Origin: an uncultured Gammaproteobacteria bacterium
GTDB taxonomy: Bacteria > Pseudomonadota > Gammaproteobacteria > Steroidobacterales > JBCBZW01
Assembly: GCA_965369325.1 (NCBI GenBank)
Contig: CBDUQI010000002.1
Span: forward strand, 5,873-69,872
Direction of reading: 5' to 3'
DNA length: 64,000 nt
A model generated the notes under the pieces. The model worked only from the letters and a program-made list of their open reading frames with translations, was not told the origin of the DNA and made no database searches. The translations under genes and the position numbers were made by a program. Shown piece after piece: positions 19,109 to 27,940 of the stretch (positions are counted from its first letter, which is position 1; each line of letters begins with the position of its first letter).

Positions 19109-19489
19109 ATGAAAACCACTAACATCATCAAAGCCGCCGCGTTGACCGTCCTGAGCGGCCTGTTTATTAGCACCCTGAGCGCATACGCCGGGAGCGATGA
19201 ACTGCAGCAGATGGAGCCGGCCGTATTCGACATGGGCACCGCCACGGCGGTTGTGTACTACACGGAGACTGACAAAGGCGACTTTGAAGTGGTCACCACC
19301 ATCGGCCCGAACGTCGGCCACGATGCGCCGATCCAGCGGTACTCCTCCATCATCAGCGCCGGCGAGCAGACCACCATCACCATCGACGATTTGGCCAACG
19401 CCTCACGCTCGCTGATGATCGCCGCCTCCCGCCGTGGCATTAGCGTAGAGCAGTTGGACGCACCGGTGCGGGTCGCTACCAGCCGCTAA
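19109..19489 (+). CDS. Small secreted protein of unknown function
   Basis: RBS AGGGGAAG 5-6 nt upstream. Signal peptide MKTTNIIKAAALTVLSGLFISTLSAYA. Followed by a canonical terminator. Confidence 0.65.
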   Translation: MKTTNIIKAAALTVLSGLFISTLSAYAGSDELQQMEPAVFDMGTATAVVYYTETDKGDFEVVTTIGPNVGHDAPIQRYSSIISAGEQTTITIDDLANASRSLMIAASRRGISVEQLDAPVRVATSR

Positions 19490-19525
19490 TCGCCCGAGCG
19501 CAACCGCGCTCTCGCACCCGACCAA

Positions 19526-19556
19526 AGGGCCGCCGATATCATCGGTGGCCCTTTTT
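19526..19556 (+). terminator. Rho-independent terminator of the 19109 gene
   Basis: AGGGCCGCCGAT-atc-ATCGGTGGCCCT is a 12-bp stem with one G-U pair, followed by TTTTT. Confidence 0.8.
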
Positions 19557-20013
19557 GCTATTGGGTGAATTCTAAGCGAACACTTAGTCAGTGCAGGCTG
19601 ATTGCTTCGCGAAGATTGCGGTTTTCTCTGAGACCTCGATTCTGATCCCCTCCGGCCCGAGTGTGCCTAACTGGATGTTAGGCGGTAGTATGGCGTGAGA
19701 GTTCTTCGCAACGATGTATTGCCACACATCCATAATCGAGGAGATAGTGGTTGGGAATAACACGGGCCTTGTCCGTGGTCGTCGCGTCGAGCATGGTTGT
19801 CGCGTGTGCACCCGGGATTGTTGAGCTGCATCGACCGGCACCTGCCTCCGAAGAGTCCGAGCTTTTAGGACCATTTCCAAAAGATGACCGCGTTGTGGAT
19901 TCTTCAAAACGACATGGATGTTGGCTCGGTCCTTTAGCTACCATCATGTTGTTGCGCCAGGCTCGTGATGCGTGAGGGGCGAGAAGTGAAACGCCACAAC
20001 CTGAGAGGAAGTC

Positions 20014-20433
20014 GTGACCAACAATCCTTCAAAGCCCCCACTAATCATCGGACCAAATCAAGGTCGCACATACGATATGGGGCGGATGAGAGCTACGTTC
20101 TTTGCGGATGGCGAACAAACGGATAACCGATACTCGATCTCGGAGTGGTTTCTTGAGTCTCGAACAAAAGGGCCGGGCGAGCATCGCCATCCCGATGATC
20201 ACATTTTGTACGTGCTCACCGGCTCGCTGAGTCTCATCATTGAAGGGCAACGGTCAGACGCGGTACGCGGCAGCTACATCTTCATACCTGGTGGCACCAA
20301 CCATGACTTTGAGAATCATGGCGACGATGAGTGTGGGTTCATAAGCATAAACGTCCCCGCAGGATTCGAGCAGATGATGCCCCAGTTAGTCACGTGGTTC
20401 GCAGGCAATCCTCTGTGCGAAATCGACGCCTAG
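20014..20433 (+). CDS. Cupin domain protein
   Basis: GEHRHPDDHILYVLTGSL...YIFIPGGTNHDFEN is a two-motif cupin signature. GTG start with GAGAGGAAG upstream. Lower GC than the surrounding sequence. Confidence 0.8.
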   Translation: MTNNPSKPPLIIGPNQGRTYDMGRMRATFFADGEQTDNRYSISEWFLESRTKGPGEHRHPDDHILYVLTGSLSLIIEGQRSDAVRGSYIFIPGGTNHDFENHGDDECGFISINVPAGFEQMMPQLVTWFAGNPLCEIDA

Positions 20434-20534
20434 CCATCCGTTGGTGTGGATGCATCAACAGTTGCGAGGCCTGCTGTTGCCGTCACCTTTGCCGGCTATG
20501 CGCCGCTCGCCCCGGCGTCATGTGAGCACGGAAA

Positions 20535-20873
20535 ATGGCAAAACCAACTGAACTTGCGCAAAAATATATGGATGCCTTTTTCGGCCGGCAGCCATTAGAA
20601 AGCATGGAGGTGATCTTTGCTGAAAACCTAATATTCGAAGGTCCGTTTCAACAAACGACAAGCGCAAGGGCTTACCTGGAATCTCTTAAGAGGAATCCTC
20701 CAGTTGATGTAAGTTTCGAAACGGAGGCGGTTTTTGAGAGCGAGAATATGGCGTGCTTTATATATCAATTTTCAAAGCCGGGAGTGAAGACAAGGATGGT
20801 TCAAACGTTTGAGGTCAACGATGGCAAGATATCAAAAATAAAGCTGGTTTTTGACACCAATGCATTCACATAG
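20535..20873 (+). CDS. SnoaL-like / NTF2-fold protein
   Basis: 112 aa. The N-terminal pattern (ELAQKYMDAFFGR...) and the size fit SnoaL-like polyketide-cyclase-fold proteins. Clearly AT-richer than the window average. Confidence 0.65.
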   Translation: MAKPTELAQKYMDAFFGRQPLESMEVIFAENLIFEGPFQQTTSARAYLESLKRNPPVDVSFETEAVFESENMACFIYQFSKPGVKTRMVQTFEVNDGKISKIKLVFDTNAFT

Positions 20874-21022
20874 CAAGGCGGCCGTGGCGTGCCGCGCGGC
20901 TCCATTGCGCGTTAGGGATCAAGCCAATGCGCCAAGCAATTTTGGTTGGTATGTTTGTCTTCCAGCCGTCGTTGGCCCTGGCGTGTTCCGTGTGCGGCTC
21001 ACGGCACCCTCTGCGGTCACGG

Positions 21023-22468
21023 CTAGCGCCCCGCCAGATAGTGGGTGATCGCGCCCAGCCGCTCGACGGCATCTTCCAGCGCCGGCGACCAGGGGTGTCC
21101 GTAACTCAGGCGAATAAATTGACGGAAGCGGCGGTCCGGGGAGTAAATCTCGCCGGGCGAGATGCTGATGCCGGCTTCCAGCGCCTGGGCGAACAGCGTG
21201 CGCGAATCCACCCCGGGCAGTTCCAGCCACAACACGCCGCCGCCGCACGGCCGTGAGGCGCGGGTGTTGGCGGGGAAGTGTTGTCCCACCAGGCTCTGCA
21301 TGATCTCGCAATTACGTTTGAGTACTGGGCGCAGCGCTTTTAGATGGCGATCGTAATCGCCACTGGCAAGATACGAACTCAGCGTAAGCTGTTGCAGCAG
21401 CCCGGAGGAGCAGGAGATGGTGCGCTTCAGCCGTTCGGCTTGCTCGCGATAGCGGCCGGGCACCAGCCAGCCGATGCGATAACCGGGCGCCGCGGTTTTG
21501 GAGAACGAGCCGCAGGTAAGCACCAGACCTTTGCGGGAAAATACCTGCGCGGGCTTCGGTCGGATGCCACTAAACAGCAGCTCGCCGTAAACATCGTCTT
21601 CAATCAGCGCGATATCGCGCGCCTCCAGCATGTCCACCAGTTGTTCGCGATGCTGGTCGCTGGTGCAAGAGCCCAGTGGATTGTTTAGCGCGGAGGAAAA
21701 TATGCAGGCCTTTACCTGGTGGCGGGCTAACGCGGTCTCCAGCGCGGGTAACTCAATGCCCTCGCGTGCGCAGGTGTCAATCTCCAGCGCCAGCATGCCA
21801 AGGTTTTCGATCAGCTCCAGGATGCCGGGGTAGCTGGGCGATTCCACCGCAATCACATCGCCTGAGCTTGCCACCGACATCAGTGCCAGCGACAGCGCCT
21901 CTTGCCCGCCGTTGGTAATAATCAGCTCGTCCGGCTCCAGGCTCCCGCCCAGATCCAGATGCCGGTACGCCAGCTGGCGTTTGAGCGTCGGCTCGCCGTT
22001 GAGCGGGGCGTACCCGATGCTGCGTTCTTCGGCCCTGGCCATCACCCGCTTCATGGTGCGGTGCAGGCTTTTGCCGACCGGTTTGGCCATAGAGGGGTTG
22101 GCAATGCCCAGCGGCACTACACCGCGCTGGTGAATGCCGTCGTACACCTGCTCGATCAGGCTGCGGCAGCGCACCTGTTGGGGTTCAAAGCGGCTGGCAC
22201 CGTTGCGCCCGGCGCGCACTAAGCGGTTCTCGCGGATGGCTCGCACGTAATAACCAGATTGCGGGCGCGCCTGTACGCGCCCCTGTCGCTCCAGCTCCAG
22301 ATAGGCCTGTTTAACGGTGGGAATACTCACTCGCAACTGCGTACTCAATCGTCTCAACGAGGGTAGTCTGTCCCCAGGGCGCAGCGCGCCAGAGCCGATA
22401 TTGTCATTGATCAGGTCTATAACCTGTTGATATAAAAAAGTATCTGCGCGACGATCGACAGCTAGCAT
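21023..22468 (-). CDS. MocR/PdxR-type GntR-family regulator (wHTH + PLP aminotransferase-like domain)
   Basis: N-terminal GntR wHTH (LRPGDRLPSLRRLSTQLRVSIPTVKQAYLELERQGRV). Long class-I aminotransferase-like C-terminal domain with the SFSKT Lys motif. Confidence 0.9.
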   Translation of the reverse strand: MLAVDRRADTFLYQQVIDLINDNIGSGALRPGDRLPSLRRLSTQLRVSIPTVKQAYLELERQGRVQARPQSGYYVRAIRENRLVRAGRNGASRFEPQQVRCRSLIEQVYDGIHQRGVVPLGIANPSMAKPVGKSLHRTMKRVMARAEERSIGYAPLNGEPTLKRQLAYRHLDLGGSLEPDELIITNGGQEALSLALMSVASSGDVIAVESPSYPGILELIENLGMLALEIDTCAREGIELPALETALARHQVKACIFSSALNNPLGSCTSDQHREQLVDMLEARDIALIEDDVYGELLFSGIRPKPAQVFSRKGLVLTCGSFSKTAAPGYRIGWLVPGRYREQAERLKRTISCSSGLLQQLTLSSYLASGDYDRHLKALRPVLKRNCEIMQSLVGQHFPANTRASRPCGGGVLWLELPGVDSRTLFAQALEAGISISPGEIYSPDRRFRQFIRLSYGHPWSPALEDAVERLGAITHYLAGR

Positions 22469-22526
22469 GACGGCCTCAACTGTGTATGTTCCGTTTTCAG
22501 TTTTCTGAATCTGTTATAGCGCCAGA

Positions 22527-23477
22527 ATGCCGCTACAGTCAATCCTGTCTTTAGGCCTGAGCAGGAGGGATGCACGGGTGAACAACGTGGCTCTCTACCT
22601 GTTGACGGTGCTCGCCTGGGGTACTAGCTGGTTCGCGATTGAGTTCCAACTGGGCGAAGTGCCGCCCACGGTGTCGATTTGCTACCGCTATTTGATCGCA
22701 GCAGCGGCATTGTTTATGTGGTGCCGCGCACGCGGGTTAAACCTATCGTTCCCGCGCGCCGCGCACGCACGCTTTGCGTTGCTTGGAACGTTGATGTTCG
22801 GCTTGAACTACATCGCCGCCTATTGGGCGCAGGTGTACATAAGCTCTGCCATGAACGCTATCGTATTCTCCTCAATGCTGTGGCTGAATATTCTGAACGC
22901 ACGCGCCTGGTTCAAGGTAAAGATCGAGTCGCACGTCTACCTTGGCGCCAGCCTGGGTGTGATCGGTCTGGCAATCCTGTTCTGGCCGCAGCTGCGCGAC
23001 GCGCAATGGGGTGCGGCCGCGCCCATCGGTATTCTTATTTCGTTTTCCGGCGCGATGCTCGCCTCCTGGGGCAACATGGTGTCGCAGAGCTCGCAGGCCA
23101 GGGGACTGCCGGTGGTGCAGTCCAATGCATATGGCATGTTGTACGCGTCTATTCTCACCGGGGTGATCGCGCTGCTCAGCGGGGATCAGTTCAGCTTCGA
23201 ATGGACCTTCTCCTATGTCGCCTCGTTGCTGTATCTGGCGTTGTTCGCCTCGGTGATCGCGTTTGGTGCTTACCTCACATTGCTGGGACGCATTGGTGCG
23301 CATCGCTCCGGCTATATCGTGGTGGTGTTCCCGGTGGTTGCACTAATTCTATCGACGTTGTTTGAGGGCCTGTCGTTGCGCCCGACGGTATTGATCGGTG
23401 TCGCTTTTACGCTGCTTGGCAATGTCATGATTTTGCGTGGCAACCGGGCGGCCGTGCGGGCGGAAGCAAAAGCGTAA
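22527..23477 (+). CDS. DMT-superfamily (EamA-like) transporter
   Basis: About 10 TM segments and two EamA-like halves. Divergent from the MocR regulator, which is a classic pairing. The start may be a few codons downstream. Confidence 0.85.
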   Translation: MPLQSILSLGLSRRDARVNNVALYLLTVLAWGTSWFAIEFQLGEVPPTVSICYRYLIAAAALFMWCRARGLNLSFPRAAHARFALLGTLMFGLNYIAAYWAQVYISSAMNAIVFSSMLWLNILNARAWFKVKIESHVYLGASLGVIGLAILFWPQLRDAQWGAAAPIGILISFSGAMLASWGNMVSQSSQARGLPVVQSNAYGMLYASILTGVIALLSGDQFSFEWTFSYVASLLYLALFASVIAFGAYLTLLGRIGAHRSGYIVVVFPVVALILSTLFEGLSLRPTVLIGVAFTLLGNVMILRGNRAAVRAEAKA

Positions 23478-23642
23478 GCACAGGGCGGTTGCGTATCATG
23501 CAGCAACCTGCTGCCCAGCAGGCGCGCGGCGCGCGCGGCGTATTCAGGCTAAGATGGCGGCAGCGCAAAACAGCCACGCGCCCCCCAACGTCGCGGCCGC
23601 TGCGAAGACATCGGCCAATCGAATTGCCAACATCAGAGCTCA

Positions 23643-25061
23643 GTGCTGCACCGGATACTTAAAACTTTATCGCTTTTGCTGCTGCTTAGCGCCTGCGCCG
23701 GGCCCGCACCACCGCCCATCCCGCATGTGGATATGCAGGGTTTGCCGGATGCCGTGTCCTCGCAACTTAACGCCAGCCTGCAGCAAAGTGCGGCCGCACG
23801 GGCAGGCTCCGAACAGTTTGCGGCCGTCAACGGCACCCTGGCGATGCAACTTCATGTGTACGGGTTTTTGCCGCAGGCGCTTGTGTGTTATGAGCGCGCA
23901 CTATCGGCCCGTCCGGAGACCTTCGACTGGCATTACCTGCGCGCAGATGTGCTGGCCCGTCTGGGCCACGCGCAGCAGGCACAGGCCGCGTTTAACGACG
24001 CACTGGTGCGCGCGCCTGACAACCTGGATGCGCACCTGCGAATAGCGGATCTCAGGCTCAATGCCGGCGATGCCGCCGGTGCGCTGGTGACGCTGGGCAA
24101 CGTTGGCCACGAGCAATACCCGCAGGCGACGACGCAGTTTCTGTTGGGTCGGGCCAGGCATATGCTGGGCGATCACACCGTCGCCCGTGATCACCTGAGT
24201 AACGCGCTGAGCCAACGCGGTTCGTTCGGCGCCGGGCACTATGCGCTGGCCAACGTTTATCGTGCGTTGGGCGAGGATGCGTTGGCCCGTGCGCAGTTGA
24301 GCAAGTTTGAATCTGTGCGCAACGTCAAGTTACTGCTGGACCCTCGGATGCGTGCGCAGCTCTCTGCGATGGTTGCCAGCGACCGGCGCGACGTGCTGGA
24401 GGCAACCACTCACGCTAGCAAGGGCGAGATACAAAAGGCGATTGCGGCCTATCTGCGGGCGAGTGCTACCGATCCGGACAACGCCAACACGCATGCCTCG
24501 CTGGTGGGGTTGTACGCGCTGGCAGGCGAGGTCGAGCGCGCGCAGGAACACTTCCAGCGGGCGAGCGAGCTAACTCACGCGTTGCCGCGGGCATACGCGA
24601 ACATGGGGTTGGCATACGCGCGCAGTGGGCAAACCGAAGCGGCGGTAGAGCGATATCGCCAGGCGGTACAGCTGGAGCCGCACGACCCACAATTGAGTGC
24701 GACTTACGCCAACACCCTGGAGCGCAGTGGTGCGCTGGAGGCAGCTATCGCGGAGCATCAGCGGATGCTCACTAACGAGCCGGCGGCCGGGCCCACCCGT
24801 GTCGCGCTGATTCGACTACAGGGTGCGCGCGGCCGACATTCGCAGGTTCAAGTCTTGTTGGCGCAAAGTCGTGCGCTGGCAGACGCCTGGACCGTACCGG
24901 CGTTGCGCCAGGGGGCGACACAGGCCCTCGCATCAGGCGATGTCACGGCCGCCGTTTCGTTGTTAGAAGAGGCGGCCGCGCTGGCCGGTGCGCGCGGCGA
25001 GCACGCCAACCTCGCCGGCGCAAACGCAGAGCTCCTGCGAATTCAGGCAGGCCAGCAATGA
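23643..25061 (+). CDS. TPR-repeat lipoprotein (paralog family A)
   Basis: Lipobox LLLLSAC. TPR-like repeats throughout. The stop overlaps the next start (ATGA at 25058). Confidence 0.8.
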   Translation: MLHRILKTLSLLLLLSACAGPAPPPIPHVDMQGLPDAVSSQLNASLQQSAAARAGSEQFAAVNGTLAMQLHVYGFLPQALVCYERALSARPETFDWHYLRADVLARLGHAQQAQAAFNDALVRAPDNLDAHLRIADLRLNAGDAAGALVTLGNVGHEQYPQATTQFLLGRARHMLGDHTVARDHLSNALSQRGSFGAGHYALANVYRALGEDALARAQLSKFESVRNVKLLLDPRMRAQLSAMVASDRRDVLEATTHASKGEIQKAIAAYLRASATDPDNANTHASLVGLYALAGEVERAQEHFQRASELTHALPRAYANMGLAYARSGQTEAAVERYRQAVQLEPHDPQLSATYANTLERSGALEAAIAEHQRMLTNEPAAGPTRVALIRLQGARGRHSQVQVLLAQSRALADAWTVPALRQGATQALASGDVTAAVSLLEEAAALAGARGEHANLAGANAELLRIQAGQQ

Positions 25062-26791
25062 GCGACGCGCCTGGCATACGCGTCGCAGGCGCCAGCGTTT
25101 TTCTGCTGGCGCTGGCCGCGTGCAACGCCCCACCTGATGAGCCTCATCAGCCTGCCACGCAGTACTTTAGCGATGTCACCGATGCTGTCGGGCTGGCGTT
25201 CACCCATTTCTCCGGCGTAAGCGGCCAGTATTACTTCAGCGAGATTATGGGCGCCGGTGGCGCGCTGCTGGATTACGACCGCGATGGCGATCTGGACATC
25301 TATCTACTGCAAGGAGTTAGGCCACCGGACACCTTGCCCGATGCGCTGGTGTTCGATCCGCCCCGGCGGCCAGGCAACCGCCTGATGCAAAATCAGCTTT
25401 TTCCCCGAGGCCAGCTCCGGTTCGAAGACGTGACCGATGCCAGTGGCACCAACAACGCGCTCGGCGACGGCATGGGCATCGCGGTTGGGGATATCGACAA
25501 CGATGGGTTTGACGATATCTATCTGGCCAACTTCGGCCCCAATGTGCTGCTGAAAAACACAGGCGACGGCCGCTTCACCGATGTGACCGCAGCGGCCGGC
25601 GTGCAGGATGATCGCTGGAGCAGCAGTGCTGCTTTTGTGGACTACGATCTGGATGGCGATCTGGATTTGTTCCTCGCCAGCTACGTCTCCTTTCAGTACG
25701 CTCTGAATAAACGTTGCAACGGTGCCGGCGGCCAACGCGATTACTGCACGCCGCTTAACTATCAGCCATTGAGCGATCGCCTGTTTCGCAACGACGGCCA
25801 CGGCACCTTCGAAGATGTGACGCTGAGCGCGGGAATTGCCGGCGCCCGTGGTTCTGGCCTGGGTGTCCTCGGTGCTGACTTTAACGGTGACGGCTGGCCG
25901 GACATCTACGTAGCCAACGACGGGCGACCCAATGTTTTGTGGATAAACCAGACCGACGGCCGCTTTGAAGATGCTGCCCTGATGGCTGGCGTGGCCTACA
26001 ACGCCAACGGTGCCGCCGAGGCTAGCATGGGCGTGGCGGCGGGCGACTTTGACGGCGATGGCGATGAAGACCTGTTCATGACTCATCTGGCCAACGAAAC
26101 CAACACGCTTTACCTAAACGATGGGGCGGCCGGGTTCGTGGACGCCACCGCACCTCTGCAACTTGGCCTCCCCAGTCTGCCCTACACCGGCTTTGGCACC
26201 CGGTGGCTCGACTACCAGAACGATGGTGCGCCGGATCTGTTTGTGGTCAACGGCGCAGTGACGTTGGAAATCTCACAGCAGGGTGAACCCTTCCCCTACC
26301 GTCAGCCTGATCAGTTATTTCTTAACCACCGCGGCGAAGGGTTCGCCGTGGTGGCCGCACCGGCTGGTGCGCCGCCGGCGCAGATGCGGGTCGGCCGCGG
26401 GCTCGCTAGCGGTGATGTGGATGGTGATGGCGATACCGATCTGCTGGTCACCAACAACAACGGGCCCGCGCAACTGCTGCTGAACAATCAGTCCGATGGC
26501 AACTACTGGTTGGCAGTGCAGGTGCAGGGCGTAGCGGCCAACCGTAATGCTTATGGTGCGCGCGTGGCATTGGTGCGCCAGGATGGCAGTCGGCTGTGGC
26601 GCCGGGTACACAGCGATGGCAGCTACCTGAGCGCCAGCGATCCACAGTTGTTGTTTGGCTTGGGCCAAGACCCCGCGCATCAGGCGCTAATCGTGCACTG
26701 GCCAGGTGGTGTGCGTGAACAATGGCCCGCCCAAACCCCCAATACACGCGTGACACTGGTGCAGGGCGCTGGCCAGGTTTTGCGGGACTAG
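25058..26791 (+). CDS. CRTAC1-family lipoprotein (FG-GAP/VCBS repeats + ASPIC/UnbV C-terminal domain)
   Basis: Lipobox LALAAC. Repeated Ca-binding loops (DYDRDGDLD, GDIDNDGFDD, DYDLDGDLD, DFNGDGWPD, GDFDGDGDED, GDVDGDGDTD). C-terminal NRNAYGARVAL...DGSYLSASDPQLLFGLG. Confidence 0.85.
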   Translation: MSDAPGIRVAGASVFLLALAACNAPPDEPHQPATQYFSDVTDAVGLAFTHFSGVSGQYYFSEIMGAGGALLDYDRDGDLDIYLLQGVRPPDTLPDALVFDPPRRPGNRLMQNQLFPRGQLRFEDVTDASGTNNALGDGMGIAVGDIDNDGFDDIYLANFGPNVLLKNTGDGRFTDVTAAAGVQDDRWSSSAAFVDYDLDGDLDLFLASYVSFQYALNKRCNGAGGQRDYCTPLNYQPLSDRLFRNDGHGTFEDVTLSAGIAGARGSGLGVLGADFNGDGWPDIYVANDGRPNVLWINQTDGRFEDAALMAGVAYNANGAAEASMGVAAGDFDGDGDEDLFMTHLANETNTLYLNDGAAGFVDATAPLQLGLPSLPYTGFGTRWLDYQNDGAPDLFVVNGAVTLEISQQGEPFPYRQPDQLFLNHRGEGFAVVAAPAGAPPAQMRVGRGLASGDVDGDGDTDLLVTNNNGPAQLLLNNQSDGNYWLAVQVQGVAANRNAYGARVALVRQDGSRLWRRVHSDGSYLSASDPQLLFGLGQDPAHQALIVHWPGGVREQWPAQTPNTRVTLVQGAGQVLRD

Positions 26792-27155
26792 CGGCATTTC
26801 GCGCAAACCGATCGCGTTTTGGTTATTGCCGGGCGAGGCGGGTTGAAAACTCTCACGCACCAGTGATCCCAAGCGGAGCGTTGCAAGCGCATGGCTGCGG
26901 TCTTGTTAAGTATTGGAAACTAAGACGGAAGTCGGCCCTACTGCTGGGCGCATTCGGACGCTGCGATGGCGCAAGTGGACAACCGTTGGCGTTTGAAAAT
27001 TCGTGCTGCAGTGCGCTCGTGCTGGTGCGGCTCTGAACGCTGTACTAAGATTATGTTACCCACGTTCCTTGGGGAAAACCCGGCGCATTGCCAACCGCAA
27101 TGGCCTGCGCAGGGAGGCGGATAAGGAAAGCACAAAAATTGTCAGGAGGGGAACT

Positions 27156-27815
27156 ATGCGATATCTCGTTAAGCGCGCACTTGGGTGTGCACTGTTTGCG
27201 ACGATGCTCATCAGTGGCGGAGCTTTTGCTGCAACCACTGCTTATATTTCCGGCCCGGATCTGGGGCTTGAGATTCCGGATAACAATCCGGACGGCTTGA
27301 CCACCACGCTCACCGTCGATGACACCGGTGTTGTGGGTGATGTGTCGGCAGTTGTTATCAGCGCGGACCACACCTGGGTAGGTGATCTGGTTGTTACGCT
27401 GACAGCACCTGATGGCACATCGGTGACGCTGATGGATCGTCCGGGCGTCGTCGATGACATCTGTTGCGGTAACGGAGCAGACATCAGTGCCAGCCTGGGC
27501 TTGGTATTCAGCGATTTGATTCCGCTGCCTGCTGAGGGCGCGGGCGCCAACGGTTGTGGAGCAGTCGGCGTTGATTGCGGCCGTGCCTTTGGTCCGGAAA
27601 GTGCGTTGAGCGCACTAGCAGGGGTGGAAGTCTCGGGCGACTGGACCTTGAGCATTTCCGATAATGCGGGTGCCGACGTTGGCACGCTAAACGGCTTTTT
27701 CCTGGTGGTTGAGACGGGCGAGTCTTCTCGCGCGGCCATGCCAATGCCAGCGATTGCCTTACTACTGTTCGCCGGCATCGCCGGTGCAGGCGTAATGCGC
27801 CGCCGCCGCAGCTAG
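27156..27815 (+). CDS. Stand-alone proprotein-convertase P-domain protein with PEP-CTERM-like C-terminal anchor
   Basis: RBS CAGGAGGGG. Signal peptide ending AFA. P-domain pattern IPDNNPDGLTTTLTV...VVISADHTWVGDLVVTLTAPDGTSVTLMDR...GDWTLSISDNAGADVGTLNGF. Tail PMPAIALLLFAGIAGAGVMRRRRS. Confidence 0.75.
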   Translation: MRYLVKRALGCALFATMLISGGAFAATTAYISGPDLGLEIPDNNPDGLTTTLTVDDTGVVGDVSAVVISADHTWVGDLVVTLTAPDGTSVTLMDRPGVVDDICCGNGADISASLGLVFSDLIPLPAEGAGANGCGAVGVDCGRAFGPESALSALAGVEVSGDWTLSISDNAGADVGTLNGFFLVVETGESSRAAMPMPAIALLLFAGIAGAGVMRRRRS

Positions 27816-27833
27816 GACAACAACACGTCCTCG

Positions 27834-27867
27834 GAACCCCGTCACTTGTGGCGGGGTTCTGTCTTTT
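27834..27867 (+). terminator. Rho-independent terminator after the P-domain gene
   Basis: GAACCCCG-(10 nt)-CGGGGTTC is a perfect 8-bp stem, followed by tgtcTTTTc. Confidence 0.7.
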
Positions 27868-27873
27868 CGGCCT

Positions 27874-27902
27874 TTGCATGCTATCGTCTCGCGTTGATTA
27901 AT
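27874..27902 (+). promoter_or_regulatory. Candidate sigma70 promoter for the 27941-44095 operon
   Basis: TTGCAT (27874-27879), a 17-nt spacer, then ATTAAT (27897-27902), 38 nt upstream of the ATG. By-eye match only. Confidence 0.35.
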
Positions 27903-27940
27903 AGCGCTTTTCCCGGCGCCACTATCGAGACCTCCTGCGC

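Noticed and set aside
19584-19975. Two mutually overlapping ORFs in the low-GC islet: 19584-19907 minus (107 aa), and 19751-19975 plus (74 aa, with a lipoprotein-like VVASSMVVAC)
   Set aside because: They overlap each other and neither has a convincing RBS or a recognisable domain. The lipobox-like string is suggestive, but the start would be a TTG. This cannot be decided from the sequence alone, so I did not report either as a feature.
22679-23365. 228-aa + strand ORF inside the EamA transporter gene
   Set aside because: It is an alternate frame of a well-supported polytopic membrane protein gene and is Arg-rich. Shadow ORF.
26792-27155. Possible sigma54 (GG-N10-GC) or sigma70 promoter elements and small ORFs (26722-27036, 26938-27135) in the 364-nt region upstream of the P-domain gene
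   Set aside because: Only trivial GG/GC spacing matches were found, and no convincing TGGCAC-N5-TTGC or -35/-10 pair. The ORFs lack an RBS and any domain. The region stays unexplained non-coding DNA.
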